In this document: positions 28,473 to 45,425 of the stretch, one piece after another | Layout: every line of letters starts with the position of its first letter | How positions within the stretch are numbered: position 1 is the stretch's first letter | Assembly (NCBI RefSeq): GCF_009914755.1 | Contig: NC_060930.1 | Length of the DNA: 64,000 bases | Reading direction: 5' to 3' (one strand) | DNA from: the human T2T-CHM13v2.0 reference genome, Homo sapiens | The notes under the pieces: generated by a model | What the model saw: the letters and a program-made list of their open reading frames with translations, nothing else | The model's database searches: none | What the model was told of the DNA's origin: nothing | Made by a program: the position numbers and the translations under genes

Positions 28473-29099
28473 ATTTGTGAATCATAACAAATTCTTGAGC
28501 AAACCATGTGTCTTGCTTTCTTTTTATATTGGCATGGTATAAATACTGAGAATCAAAGCAACCATAATTAAAAAGGCCTGGTCTGAAGAGGAACCGTAAA
28601 GTAGGTAAGGTTTGTGTTCTGCTTTCTTCTATCTCCTCCTAGCTCCCATTCAAGTTATTTCTTCCGGCTTTCCTCTCTGGCAAGGTACAAATGCTCCTGC
28701 CTCTGCCTCGCCCCTTCACACTGTAATATTGGTTAAAGAACTTGGCAATGAACCAGCGTAATCAAATTCCTCTGGCTAGACTTCTCTGGCAGTAGAGCAT
28801 TTAAGTGTTCTGCTCCAAATACTTTCCAACAATCAGAACCAAGACACCTGTGTGGGAGCCAGTGCCACAGGTAAGTCCCTGTTAGTGACAGTGGCCTTGC
28901 AGTGATGCTTTGGGAAATTATCCTGGCTTCAATGAGTAGGACAGAGAGGAGTGGCTACCCAGCCCATGCAAAGCCAAGCAAGGGGCTGTAGTCAAAGAGT
29001 CAAAGGCAAGAGTCATTGTTCTTCCCTGTGAGCTTATATAACAGAGTGTGTGTTCATTTCTCACACATATAGTTTTATCTCGCAGCTACTTGAAGGGTT

Positions 29100-29213
29100 C
29101 ACATGTCTGTTTGCTGACTTGATTGTGAAATTCCTGAGGGTAGGAATTATGTCTCATGCCCAGCACCAAGGAGGAGTGCAGTAAATGGGTGAGGAATGAA
29201 TGAGTGAATGAAT
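29100..29213 (+). mobile_element. L2 3' end fragment
   Basis: gattgtgaaattcctgagggtagg...cagtaaatg...gaatgaatgagtgaatgaat. Confidence 0.6.
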
Positions 29214-31613
29214 CAGTCTGTCAGGCAGTCTGTTAATGCAGATGGCAACAATGAAAGTATGGATTCGAATGGCATCTTTGAAAATTGCAAGAAATGGATG
29301 GATGTGGAAAACTGAGAGAGAAAACTAAGAGAAAAGCAAGAGAGATCAAGGCATCAAAGCCTCCGAGGCTTTGAGCTGAGCAAAACGAAGAGCCTGGGAA
29401 GCAGTCGTAGAAAGGGGGAACTCAGTGAGAAACCTCATGAGGGAAGCCAACACATAAACAGTTTGTCACAATCTCTTTCTCAAAGAAGCATCCTCTAAAA
29501 GGTGCCTGTGTTTCTAGCCTCCCACGTCCCCTCCCCTTACCACACCTCACCCAAGTTCCTGGAGGTCTGATAAGCAGCCAAGACTATTTTGTAGACTTAG
29601 CAGATGTCCATGTTTTAAGGGACATTTCCATCAACGCTTGAAGGTTGCCATCCTTTGTAGACTTGGGAGGAAAGGTGGATGGGAGGGAGATAGGAAATCT
29701 GAGCTGGTGCCTTGAGGAGACGCTTTGGCCTCCTGGAAGAGGGTACTTGTTGGCTGGGATTAGCCCCTCAGGCCATGGCTTCTTTCAGAGGCACTAAGTT
29801 TACATCAGAGAGGACATACTTTTATAGTCTGCATTGTCAGTGCTGCGCCCTCAACCACTGCTGCAGATAGCCTCTTACTTTATAAGTAAATAATCTCTCA
29901 GGGAAGAGATTCACCTCATTTCACACATAGCCATCCTTTGTAATACGAGGGCTGCTTGCACTCTTCTTGGCCTCTGGAGCTTCAAACATGTCTCATTCCC
30001 ACATCCTTCAGAAGGGCCAAAGAGGGACCTACCTGGCTGAGTGGTATGGAAGCTAGGAGGGAAACACCCTGGTACGTGCTCTTTAAAGTCTGTGAGTTAC
30101 AGAGAGAATATGATAAATAATTCATTTTCTATTTTAAGCCCCTCTTTCTCCAAAGTTTTGGAATGAGCTCTGTAAATTTCCCAAGAACTTCTCTGAAAGT
30201 TCTACCAGCTGACCGAATGCGGAAATACCTGCTGTGTGCTTCCTGGAGATTTTCCCCACTGTCTGTTTTATGACCTGGTGAATTAGGCTGCAGTCTTGTC
30301 TTGATCGAGAAGTGGTGCCCCTTGGATCAGAAGGAATGTCTGAAACACATTGATTTGTGGCTGGAATAGTAAGCTAAGCTCTAGGAACATCCTGCCAGAG
30401 GCTTGTCCTTAGGAAATAGTCTCACAAATTTTTTTGCTGGTGAAGAGATGACATGCTGCAATTGACCTGTTGAAGGCCAGAAAACCGAGGTGACAAAGCA
30501 AACCTCTCAGTTTCTAATGCTTCCTTCAGGCTATGCTTTCTAGGGGTGATACCCTCTATATCCTGAGAGACCTTAGCTGCACAAGACATTAAAACTTGGT
30601 CCTCAAAATGAGTGATACCAGCCTCTGGAACATAATTGCGACCAAAATGTGTCCTGGGGTCACCAGCCTCCTTCTACCCTTCCCTCTAAAATCCAAATAA
30701 AAACATTAAGCCCTACTGCACTGGCCTGCCCTGTTGAGTGCTTTTGCAGATTGCCTGGGGTTATTTATGTCCTCCTGCCTCCTCCAGCTCTAAATTCTGG
30801 CTTCAAGACCCTCTTCCATCACCCCTCTGTCAACACTCACTGGGTTGTTAACATGTCCACAATATTGATCGCCTTACCTCCCTCTTTTCCCAGGGTCTCC
30901 TAAACAGTACAATGCCTTTCAAAAGAAATAATGGAGAGGAAACTATTAAAATTGAATTTCCACATTGCAGTTTTGACAGTTTATCAGTGATTCATCACCA
31001 TAATCTCTTACTCTCCATCCTTGCCCTGTGAATAGATTCACACCTGGAAGCAGCCGTCTCTTTAGAAAAGCTTCTATCCTTTCCTGGTTTTTCCTGAGTG
31101 CCTGGTCCTCCCAAAACTCCTATCTTTTTTGTCCTGACTCAGAGGAACCCTCACTTCCCCCACCCCCACCCCCCAACGCACACATTTCCTTCATAACAAC
31201 ACCCTAGAGTGAGATCCTTTTACTTTCCGTTTTACTTCCCGGTTCCTGAGGGCATTACTTTTCATAAGAAAATTCATCAAAGTGTTTTCCTAAAGAGTTG
31301 TTCTCCCTCTAAAGTTGAATTTCATCCTCCAACCCAATATGGAAACAGCTATTGCCAGGTATATGTCCACAGCAATCTTTCCTTCTTGCTACATAATCAC
31401 AGTTATTTTAATGATTATTTGATTTTCTACAGAATGTAGCGTAGCTCTGATGCTGTTAGGGTCTTGATGAAGGCATTAGAAACAATGCTTATGCTCAGAG
31501 CACTTGTGTGTGCTTGGACGTTGTGTGAATGTGAGCAAAGTTGTACTTCAGTGAAGGTGCCCAACCAACACTGAGACACATAACCAGGAAAACAAGGCTG
31601 CAGCTGATGGTCA

Positions 31614-31655
31614 GAGTAGCCACGGGTTAGGCATGAGTAGCCATGGGTTACGCAT
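31614..31655. repeat. 21-bp tandem duplication
   Basis: gagtagcca(c/t)gggtta(g/c)gcat x2. Confidence 0.9.
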
Positions 31656-32129
31656 AAGCATCCACACCACCAGCTTGGGCAGCTGTCACCTGCCATTGTT
31701 TATCCACAGGGCCAGCTAGAAAAGGATTTCTGGTAGGCATCTCTATCAACAACACAGGTGAACATAGGGAAAACGCTAAATGAGAATTATGATCAACTAG
31801 AAATAAAAGGAAAATCAGTCCTCCCTGTATTTCCCATACAGCTGCCCCATCGGTCCTGCCATCAGCACCACATGAGGCGTATATGGAAGATGGTTTATTG
31901 TTACCTTTTTATTAGGCTGCTTCTAGAAAATTCAGCAAGTACCCACAGTCCTACCACCTAATCCATAACCCCTGGTCAACATTTTGGTATATTTCCTTCT
32001 AATTTTGTTTTCATGCACCTCTTGTTTGTTCTGCAAAAAGTACAGACGTTGTCTTTTTTTTTTTTTTGCTTCTACAAAGTACTGTTACAGTAGCTCCAAC
32101 AACCAGTGAAAACAAAATTTGTTCTAATA

Positions 32130-32885
32130 GAAAAATGAGCAGCAGCTCAATAAAAACAGTTCACTAAACAGTTGATCTACACTTACAGCCAGAAAACAAA
32201 ATGTAAAAGTTTTACCTCACCAGTAATCAAAGAAATGTAATTTAAAATAATGATTCCATTTTTCATCTACAGTTAAAAATATAAAAACAATAATATCTGC
32301 TTCCGATGAGGAAGTAGTGACATAATCGCCCTCATAGAAGGCCGTGTTGAGTGTAAATCTCCAAGTTTGTGTTTTGTCAACACGAATCAGCCTGGAAGTG
32401 CCCATACCCTTGATCTGGTAATTCTGCTTCTTAACAATCTGTGCTAAGAGATTTATCTGAGAAAGGTTCAAAGATGTCTGCATTCTTCTTTATTAGACTG
32501 AAAATTTGGAAGCAACCTGAATGTTACCTATTGAGAAACAAATACATTATAGTTTATTCATCTGGACAAGGAACTATTTTGCAGGTATTTAAAACATCTT
32601 AAAGAATAGCTGTGCACCTTTGAAAAAAAAAGTTCACAATATAACAATGGGCTTAAAGGGTAAAGAGAAGAATATGTGACCTAGTTCACATTTTATAAAT
32701 ATTCATGTTATGTCCATGAGGGAGAGCGGGACAGCAGATCCAGTTTTCACAATGGTTATCCATGGCTCACAGGACTACAGGTGATTTTTACTTTCTTTAT
32801 GCCTTCCCGTAGTTCCCAAATTATTTTCAATGAGTATTTCATTTGTGTACAGGGGGAAAAAGTTACTTAAAAAACGGAAAAAGAA
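32130..32885 (+). mobile_element. Old L1M/L1ME 3' fragment
   Basis: cctcaccagtaatcaaagaaatgtaatttaaaataatg, cataccctttgatc-like and aaaatttggaagcaacctgaatg motifs of L1 ORF2 3' end. Confidence 0.55.
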
Positions 32886-33944
32886 GAAAATCACTCCTTT
32901 GCAGCAGCTTATGAAGCATTTTAACAACGAAAGGTGGGGAAATCCCCAAGATAGACAAGCCCTTTCTTCCCCTCTGACTTTGGCTGATCCATCTGCTGAC
33001 AAACTGCTGACTGTATTCTCAAGAGATCGAAGAAATAAAACAGGCTCTAGCAAGGCCTTTGTTGAAGTCTTCTCAGCTTCCTTAGAGCTGTTGCTTCTCC
33101 CCCTCCCTTCCTTCTCTGGATCCCTCCCTCTTTTGGTGCTTTTCCTGAGGCTGGTGGCTACATTTGTTTGGTGCTTGAAGTCATTCTTTCATCAATAATT
33201 TGTAAAGTGATTTAGAGCTTTCTAACAGCAACCTACAGTTTGCTCTAATAAACTAACGTGGTAAAGAGTCGGAATTCAGGCTGCTGGGTGACAGACCAGC
33301 ATGCCATTTTACTCTGCCCTGGTCAGCATGTGGTTTTGGTTCTGCTAAAAGGACACTTCCGACTCTACCTCCATTTGTTTAGCATTTCTACTCTCAGTGA
33401 ACTTTTAGTAACTGAATGCCCAAAGGAGGAGACTACAAAAAGCAAATTATAGTACATCACCTTGATGGAATATTACCTAGCTGTTAAAAATGACAATAAC
33501 TAGGTTGCACCATCAAAAAGTATTACCAAAGAAAAACAGGAAACAAATTAATATCTATATATAGTTACAACAATGTAAAAATATACATTTGTATTGGAAG
33601 GAAATAGAGGAAGCAGGGAAAAAGAAAATTTAATGGCAGATGAGAAATTTTTTAAATTCGGCAATAAATATTGAAATTTCATCATATACCAGACACTATG
33701 CAAGACCCTTGTATTTTTTTAAGGTAGTTTAATAATAAGTTGTAAAGAAGTATAAAGTAGGGGTGGTGGAATTCATTTGCAAAGATGTTATTATGGGCAG
33801 CCTGGCTCTATCCGAAGGGAACACTGAATGTGTCATTCTTTTCCACACTGAATTTATGTAAAACGTCCTGTGCTGGACTCCAGTTGGTCTGTTCAGTCCT
33901 TAGTGAGCAGATGGGGCTTTTCCCCCTTGCCTTGCATGTCATTC

Positions 33945-34700
33945 TTTTATCCATGCACTCAATAGGTACGGAGCCCTGCTGTCAGCCAGGTCCTGTTCAG
34001 CTGCAGCTGATACATAGGGACCAGGATGACAAGGCTCTGCCCTCATGGAGCTTCCAGGCATTGCGAAAGACAGACACTAAACTAAATAAGTGAATAAGTT
34101 CATCTGCAGTGTGATTTCAAGTAGTGACACCCGCAGTGAAGAAAAGTAAAGGAGTGTGTGGGGCAGAGAGTGAAGTGAAAAGCAGTAACTCATTTTAAGG
34201 AGAGTCAGGGAAGACTCCTGAGAAAGCAGGGAATTAAGGGACCATGGAAAGGCTGGGGACATAGCGGGAACAGCACGTGCAAAGGCACTGAGGCAGAACC
34301 GAGTTTGACATGGCTGTGGGAAGAAACGTGTTCAGAGAGGGAAGCAGGGGCTGGGACATGTAGGGCTGTGTAGGCCTCAGCCTGGGGTCTAAGTGAGATG
34401 GAGGGTTTTAAGGGGTGGGACAGATTTACTCATTTAGCATGTGATCTGACTTATTGAGAGAATGGACTGTCAGAGAAGAGGGTAGCAGAGGGCTGTTAGA
34501 GGCTTTCAGCCGTCTGGGTGGCCTGGACTGGGAGGGCGGGCACAGGAATGGAGAGAGTCAGGGTCACTCTGAAGGCAGAATGCACAGGGCATGCTCTGTA
34601 GGGTGTGAGGAAAAGCCAGGAGACAAGGACACATCCTGGGTTTGGGACTAAGTGAGCAGGTGAATAGTGATGTCATTTTCTGGGAGGAAGAAGGAATAGG
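33945..34700 (-). mobile_element. L2 LINE fragment
   Basis: ctctgccctcatggagctt; gggaacagcacgtgcaaaggcactgaggc; ggtttgggactaagtgagcaggtgaatagtgatgtcattt. Confidence 0.75.
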
Positions 34701-34896
34701 TTTTATTATTCCTGGGTGAACATTTGCCTAGCTTTGATTCCAGTGTGCTAAGTTAGTCTGGGAGCTGCTCCTCACTCCCAGAATTCCCTGGCTGTCTCTT
34801 CAGGGCAGGAAAAGGATTTCTAGGGATACAGGAGAGACCACCAGCCTAGGAGCTGGGAAACGTGAGTCTGGTCCACCTCTGCTACAAAAGAGCAGT

Positions 34897-35368
34897 GTTT
34901 TTTTGTTTTTGTTTTTTTCTTTTTTTTTTTCTTTTACTTTAAGTTCCGGGATTCATGTGCAGAACTGCAAGTTATTTACATAGGTATACATGTGCCATGG
35001 TGGTTTGCTGCACCCGTCAACCCGTCATCTAGGTTTTAAGCCCCGGAGGCATTAGATATTTGTCCTAATGCTCTCCCTCCCCTTGCCCTCTACCTCTCGA
35101 CAGGCCCCGGTATGTGATGTTCCCCTTCCTGTGTCCATGTGTTCTCATTCTTCAATTCCCACTTATGAGTGAGAACATGTGGTATTTGGTTTTCTGTTCT
35201 TGTGTTAGTTTGCTGAGAATGATGGTTTCCAGCTTCATCTGTGTTGCTGCAGAAGACATGAACTCATTCTTTTTTATGGCTGCATAGTATTCCATGGTGT
35301 ATATGTGCCACATTTTCTTTTTCCAGTCTATCACTGATGGGCATTTGGGTTGGTTCCAAGCCTTTGCT
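34897..35368 (-). mobile_element. L1PA8-like 5'-truncated 3' end
   Basis: Poly(T); gtcatctaggttttaagcccc; ORF2 C-terminus MWHIYTMEYYAAIKKNEF...SLISGN; TSD caaaa(g/t)agcagt at 34885-34896 and 35369-35380. Confidence 0.9.
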
Positions 35369-37734
35369 CAAAATAGCAGTTTTATAGAGAGATTATAACT
35401 TTCCCCCTCAGAACGCGGTTTCTTGTATACCTGCCCAGCTTGCCTTTCAGAGCTTTGTCAACCGCTTAAAGCCTAATTCAGGTGAATAACGGTGTCATCA
35501 TTGTTACCTGCATTCCTGTGCATGAGCAGTCACAGCCTGGGTCCTCAGAGGACCATCCCCGATGTGCCAGCTGTGTTCATAATAAACCCCACTGACAAGT
35601 CCCCGGCCCCTCACCTGGTTCTGCCGCACGCCCATCACCTGCCCAGCCCTGCGCACTAGTATGCAAAACTACAGCTGAGAAAGAGTCCCTTCAAGAGTGA
35701 GACCAAGGGATGATGTCCTTATGAATCCCTGAGTATCCAGAAAATTAAACTGGCATGTCATTCTCTGAGGATTTCTGCCAACTAAGGTGATTCGCTTGTT
35801 TTCATGATCACTGCCCTCCTATGTTAGCAAATGCTGCGCTTTATTTCCAAGAGCTATTTCCATCACCCTTACCCTAGAGTAAGCCAGCTGTATAAACAAA
35901 AAGCTGCAACAAGGAGCTAGCTTCACCCTCCAAGCACTGCTTAGTGCTTCCAGTCAGGAAGCTTCTTTCTGTCTCTTAAATACCATCTCAAAAATCCCAG
36001 TACCTGTCACCTAAAGGAGACATCTTACACATTGAGTGGAGAGGTGGAATGGATGTTGAAAGGACAATTTAGGGAGCTAATCTCAGCCATCAGATGTTTT
36101 TCTTGCTAACAGGAGCCGAATTCTATTATGTTTGTGAAAGGACTCTATTAAGACAGGTTTCTGTGACTCCCAGCACTCTATTTAAGCTTCTGAAGTCATT
36201 CAGATTGCCCATTCACCAGCCAGGGAAGAATTTGTGTGCCTTCCCCCTTAGCAATCAAGGAAAAAAGATTAAGTGGAGCCGGAGAGCAATTTTCTTTATA
36301 ATTTCTCTTCTTGAAGTAAAGAAACTCAGAACCCTTGACCCTAAACACCGTGGAACCCATGGAGGCTCATGATATCAGTGTGTGGGGTTGTCACTTGGAG
36401 GCAGGAGGCTCTTCACAGCCAGCCCAAGAAGCAGCAGAGGCAGCCGCAAGCAGAATGGAAGCAAAAGGGGAGGGTTCCTATCATTTGGGGCCAGAACCAA
36501 TCAATAGTTTCCTCACATCTGCCATTTCAAGGAAGAATTTTTTTCCCTTGTACGTATAGTTGCTTTTTCATAAAGGATTCATTATTTTTGAGCCAGGTAC
36601 AGGAACTAAGATCCCCCCTTGGTTTCCTCTGGGTCTCTTCACACTAAAGTATTGAAAAGATTTAGGTGGGGAGATCCAATGGCTGGCTTCAGAACTGCCC
36701 TGTCCAGTCCTTCCAACCCATCCTAAATCGTGGCCACGCAGGTGAGCAGTTAGGCCTCTTTGCAACACCCTGCAAGTCACTATTGCACCAGGGTGGCTTT
36801 AGTCCTGAGGTGACTGGCCCACTGTGTGACTGCAGTGAATGAGGGGTGTCCTCAGGACCTGGCCTACTCTGCTGCACAGTGTAGGCAGAACTTGGATTGG
36901 GGAGCAATTTAAGCCAGAGTGACTCTGGGCTGGAGAAGGCATTTTAAATTCTACCTGGAGTAGATAAAGCGTACGAGGTTTTTGCTTTAGGCCTAGGGGG
37001 CTGGACGCTGGGGTAAGGGGAACATGCTATACCCTCTCTTGGACCAGCTACCATAGGCCTCACCCAGGACCAGAGCTGAGGCCGCACTCAAGGGCTTCCT
37101 AGAAGAGGCCCATATTGGGCCCCTTCCTATTCAAGTCTAGTTGCTTGACAATATTTCCTCCAATTTTAAGGTGAGAAAACTCTCCTTGTATTAGCAAAAA
37201 TGAAGACTGTAATTTTTAAATGATGTTATTTAGATTGAATAACTTTAGAATACTCTTCCCACAAGACCACTCGGAGGATATTCAGATCACTTCTGCTGCC
37301 TCAGGATTCCCACGTGAAGGGTGAAAATGATGCCGGAGCTGAATTTACAGCTCCCAGAAGCACGCCCAAGAAAGACTGGTGGATGATGAGATTTCATCTG
37401 TTTCCCCTGCATTTCTTAGCACAGTGCCTGGGCCATAGTGAGTGCTCAATAGATGTCTGCAGAAGTCATGCAGGTTTGATATTGTGGGTGATAACAGTCT
37501 TTCTTTCTATGAACTTTTTAAAACTATTATTATACTTTTAAGTTTTAGGGTACATGTGCACAACATGCAGGTTTGTTACATATGTATACATGTGCCATGT
37601 TGGTGTGCTGCACCCATTAACTCGTCATTTAACATTAGGTATATCTCCTAATGCTCCCCCCCCCCGCTGCCCACACCACGCAACAGGCCCCAGTGTGTGA
37701 TGTTCCCCTTCCTGTGTCCATGTGTTCTCATTGT

Positions 37735-41553
<3,819 letters not shown>

Positions 41554-41616
41554 TATGATGTTAGCTGGTTATTGTGCTCGTTAGTTGATGCCGTTTCTTC
41601 CTAGCCTCGATGGTCT

Positions 41617-42624
41617 TTACAATTTGGCATGATTTTGCAGTGGCTAGTACTGGTTGTTCCTTTCCATGTTTAGTGCTTCCTTCAGGAGCTCTTTTAGGGC
41701 AGGCCTGGTGGTGACAAAATCTCTCAGCATTTGCTTGTCTGTAAAGGATTTTATTTCTCCTTCACTTATGAAGCTTAGTTTGGCTGGATATGAAATTCTG
41801 GGTTGAAAATTCTTTTCTTTAAGAATGTTGAATATTGGCCCCCACTCTCTTCTGGCTTGTAGAGTTTCTGCCGAGAGATCCGCTGTTAGTCTGATGGGCT
41901 TCCCTTTCAGGGTAACCCGACCTTTCTCTCTGGCTGCCCTTAACATTTTTTCCTTCATTTCAACTTTGGTGAATCTGACAATTACGTGTCTTGGAGTTGC
42001 TCTTCTCGAGGAGTATCTTTGTGACATTCTCTGTATTTCCTGAATTTGAATGTTGGCCTCCCTTGCTAGATTGGAGAAGTTCTCCTGGATAATATCCTGC
42101 GGAGTGTTTTCCAACTTGGTTCCATTCTCCCCGTCACTTTCAAGTACACCAATCAGACGTAGATTTGGTCTTTTCACATAGTCCCATATTTCTTGGAGGC
42201 CTTGTTCATTTATTTTTATTCTTTTTTCTCTAAACTTCTCTTCTCGCTTCATTTCGTTCATTTGATCTTCCATCACTGATACCCTTTCTTCCATTTGATC
42301 GAATCGGCTACCGAGGCTTGTGCATTCATCACATAGTTCTCGTGCCGTGGTTTTCAGGTCCTTTAAGGACTTCCCTGCATTGGTTATTCCAGTTAGCCAT
42401 TCATCTAATTTTTTTTCAAGGTTTTTAGCTTATTTGCAATGGGTTCAAACTTCCTCCTTTAGCTCGGAGTAGTTTGATCGTCTGAAGCCTTCTTCTCTCA
42501 ACTCGTCAAAGTCATTCTCCATTCAGCTTTGTTCCATTGCTGGTGAGGAGCTGCGTTCCTTTGGAGGAGGAGAGGTGCTCTGATTTTTAGAGTTTCCAGT
42601 TTTGCTGCTCTGTTTTTTCCCCAT
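41617..42624 (-). pseudogene. ORF1: L1 ORF1 (RNA-binding chaperone) with premature stops
   Basis: MGKKQSSKTGNSKNQ at 42624; stop at codon 34 (42523-42525, normally W); 216-aa internal frame (WDYVKRPNLRLIG, ARREW, YPAKLS); second premature stop at 41644. Confidence 0.95.
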
Positions 42625-43652
42625 CTTTGTGGTTTTATCTACCCTTGGTCTTTGATGATGGTGACGTACAGATGGGGTTTTGGTGTGGATGTCCTTTCTG
42701 TTCATTAATTTTCCTTCTAACAGTCAGGACCCTCAGCTATAGGTCTGTTGGAGTTTGCTGGAGGTCCACTCCAGACCCTGTTTGCCTGGGTATCAGCAGT
42801 GGAGGCTGCAGAACAGCGGATACTGGTGAACAGCAAATGTTGCTGCCTGATCGTTCCTCTGGAAGTTTTGTCTCAGAGGAGTACCCGGCCGTGTGAGGTG
42901 TCAGTCTGCCCCTACTGGGGGATGCCTCCCAGTTAGGCTACTCAGGGGTCAGGGACCCACTTGAGGAGGCAGTCTGCCTGTTCTCAGATCTCCAGCTGCG
43001 TGCTGGGAGAACCACTGCTCTCTTCAAAGCTGTCAGACAGGGACATTTAAGTCTGCAGAGGTTTCTGCTGCCTTTTGTTTGGCTATGCATGCCCCCAGAG
43101 GTAGAGTCTACAGAGGCAGGCAGACCTCCTTGAGCTGCAGTGGGCTCCACCCAGTTCGAGCTTCCTGGCCGCTTTGTTTACCTACTCACACCTTGTCAAT
43201 GGCAGGTGCCCCTCCCCTAGCCTCGCTGCCACCTTGCAGTTTGATCTCAGACTGCTGTGCTAGCAATGAGCGAGGCTCCGTGGGCGTAGGACCCTCCGAG
43301 CCAGGCGCGGGATATAATCTCCTGGTGTGCTGTTTGCTAAGACCACTGGAAAAGCACAGTATTAGGGTGGGAGTGACCCGATTTTCCAGGTGCCATCTGT
43401 CACCCCTTTCTTTGACTAGGAAAGGGAATTCCCTGACCCCTTGTGCTTCCCGGGTGAGGCGATACCTTCCGCTGCTTCGGCTCATGCTCGGTGCGCTGCA
43501 CCCACTGTTCTGCACCCACTGTCCGACACTGCCCAGTGAGATGAACCCGGTACCTCAGTTGGAAATGCAGAAATCACCCGTCTTCTGCATCACTCATGCT
43601 GGGAGCTGTAGACTGGAGCTGTTCCTATTCGGCCATCTTGGCTCCACCCCCC
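42625..43652 (-). promoter_or_regulatory. L1 5'UTR internal sense promoter and antisense promoter; intact YY1 site
   Basis: CAAGATGGCCG at 43630-43640 (minus strand); CpG-rich 5'UTR. Confidence 0.8.
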
Positions 43653-43660
43653 TTCTATGA
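43199..43660 (+). CDS. ORF0: L1 antisense ORF0 homolog extended to 153 aa (expression unknown)
   Basis: MAGAPPLASLPPCSLISDCCASN...RVGVTRFSRC matches the ORF0 N-terminus; frame open to a TGA inside the TSD. Confidence 0.5.
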   Translation: MAGAPPLASLPPCSLISDCCASNERGSVGVGPSEPGAGYNLLVCCLLRPLEKHSIRVGVTRFSRCHLSPLSLTRKGNSLTPCASRVRRYLPLLRLMLGALHPLFCTHCPTLPSEMNPVPQLEMQKSPVFCITHAGSCRLELFLFGHLGSTPLL

Positions 43661-44883
43661 ATTTCTTAGGCTGTTTAAAATTTATCTCAACCTCAGCTGC
43701 CAAAGTAATAACTAGCCCTTTTTGTATCTTTTGGCAAACCATATATTCACTGCTTTGGCCTGGGGTTCCCTTTCCCGTCCATCAAAACATTGGCTAAGTA
43801 CTCACTCTGCACCACACACTGGGCTGGGCACTGTGAAGTCATGCTCAGAACTGACTTTGATAATAGGATTTTTGAAAACTAGATTGAAGGAAAATAGATA
43901 GGCAAAAGCTAATGGGCTTAAAAAATATACTGCTTAATGGTTAAAAATCTTAATCTGTTTATGTTAAACAATGTTAGCAGAGGAATATGAAATTATTTCT
44001 ATAATGTATAAAAATCGATAATAGATGCTGGTGTGAAAATACATGTAATGACGAATGTATTGAATTTGTAGCCTGTGAACATGTGGGATATGATGTGTGT
44101 GCGTCACTATTTTTATATCCTTGTATGTTGGTCAAGATATTTAAAAGGTGTCAGAAAGGCCAAATCAGGGGTGCTGTCACCAAGCCCACCAAGTTGCTGC
44201 CAACCCTCCCAAGCTTCAGAGGTAATACTCTGGCTCTTTATCCCACCTCCTTTTTTTCTCCCCACCAGAAATGAGGATCCTTATAGATTCAGGTTAGTCA
44301 ATACCATATTTCCCTTCCCCATCCCGTTGTTTTGTGTTAGACTTTGTATTAGAGAATTTGTATTTCATCTGTTTTGCAAAACAAATATTAACAATAAGTT
44401 ATTATTGTACTCTTCTGGCATAGTAACATCCTGTTAGTTTACTTTACACATAGCAAATCCAGCCTGACATTCATCTTTAATGATCTCAGGATAAATGGTT
44501 TTAAGGTTAAACAGCCACAGAGACAACTGTCACACGTTGTCAGCTGGAACAGATGAAAGAGAAAAATGTGGCATCTGAAAAGCAACTTGCAAAATGATCT
44601 AAATATTTTACTTTATTTTCAGAAAACCCTCACCAGATCTGCCCCCTCACCACTAATCCTGGAGCAGCCTGATGACTTATGGGGAATCCATTGCTTAGCT
44701 TTGATGTAGGGAGGGAGAGATGAACGACTGCCTCCCAAAGCGTGGCTGCTGAGCAGGATATTAATGGGCAAGGCGGCTAATGCGTTTGCATTGTTCTGCA
44801 GAAGTTTTGCACTGCTTTGGGGAATCATTTATCCTTAGCAGTTGCAAGGTGGCCTGTTTTCAAGTAAACCTAGAGTAAAAATC

Positions 44884-45425
44884 TGGTTATCTATTGCCAT
44901 GTAACAAACTGCCTCAAAACTTTGTGACATAAAGCACTGATTTTATTGTGCTCACGTGTCCTTGTCTCCATTCTGTGATGCTGGGGCCTTGTCTGGGAAG
45001 ACTCGAAGACTGGGAGTGACTGCTTGGCTAGGCTGGGATGAGGCATCTTTACTTACACATCTGGCACTGGACGCTGGCTGGCTGCTGGGACTTGCTGGGG
45101 TGATGGCTGGAGAACATTTCACCTCTCCAAGCGGCCTGGCCTTCCTTACTGCAGTGTCTTCTGAATTGTTAGCTTCCTTATATGGTAGCAAGTGTGCAAG
45201 TCAGCAGGTGGAAGCTCCGCTATCTTTGTCACCTAGCCTCAGAAGTCACATAGCATCATTTCCACCGCCCTCTACTAGCGGGAGCAGTCATAAAAGCCCA
45301 CCCATTTTCAAGGCAAGAGGTCATAGCCTGCGCCTCTCAAAGGGAGGATTGTCAAAGCCGCACTGGAAGATCATGTAAGTTGGATGATAGCATTGCTGCT
45401 GTATTTGAGAGATTGTGCTGTGCTC
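44884..45425 (-). mobile_element. MLT1F/G/H-type MaLR LTR
   Basis: gttatctattgccatgtaacaaact...cctagcctcagaagtcacatagcatcatttcc. Confidence 0.75.
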
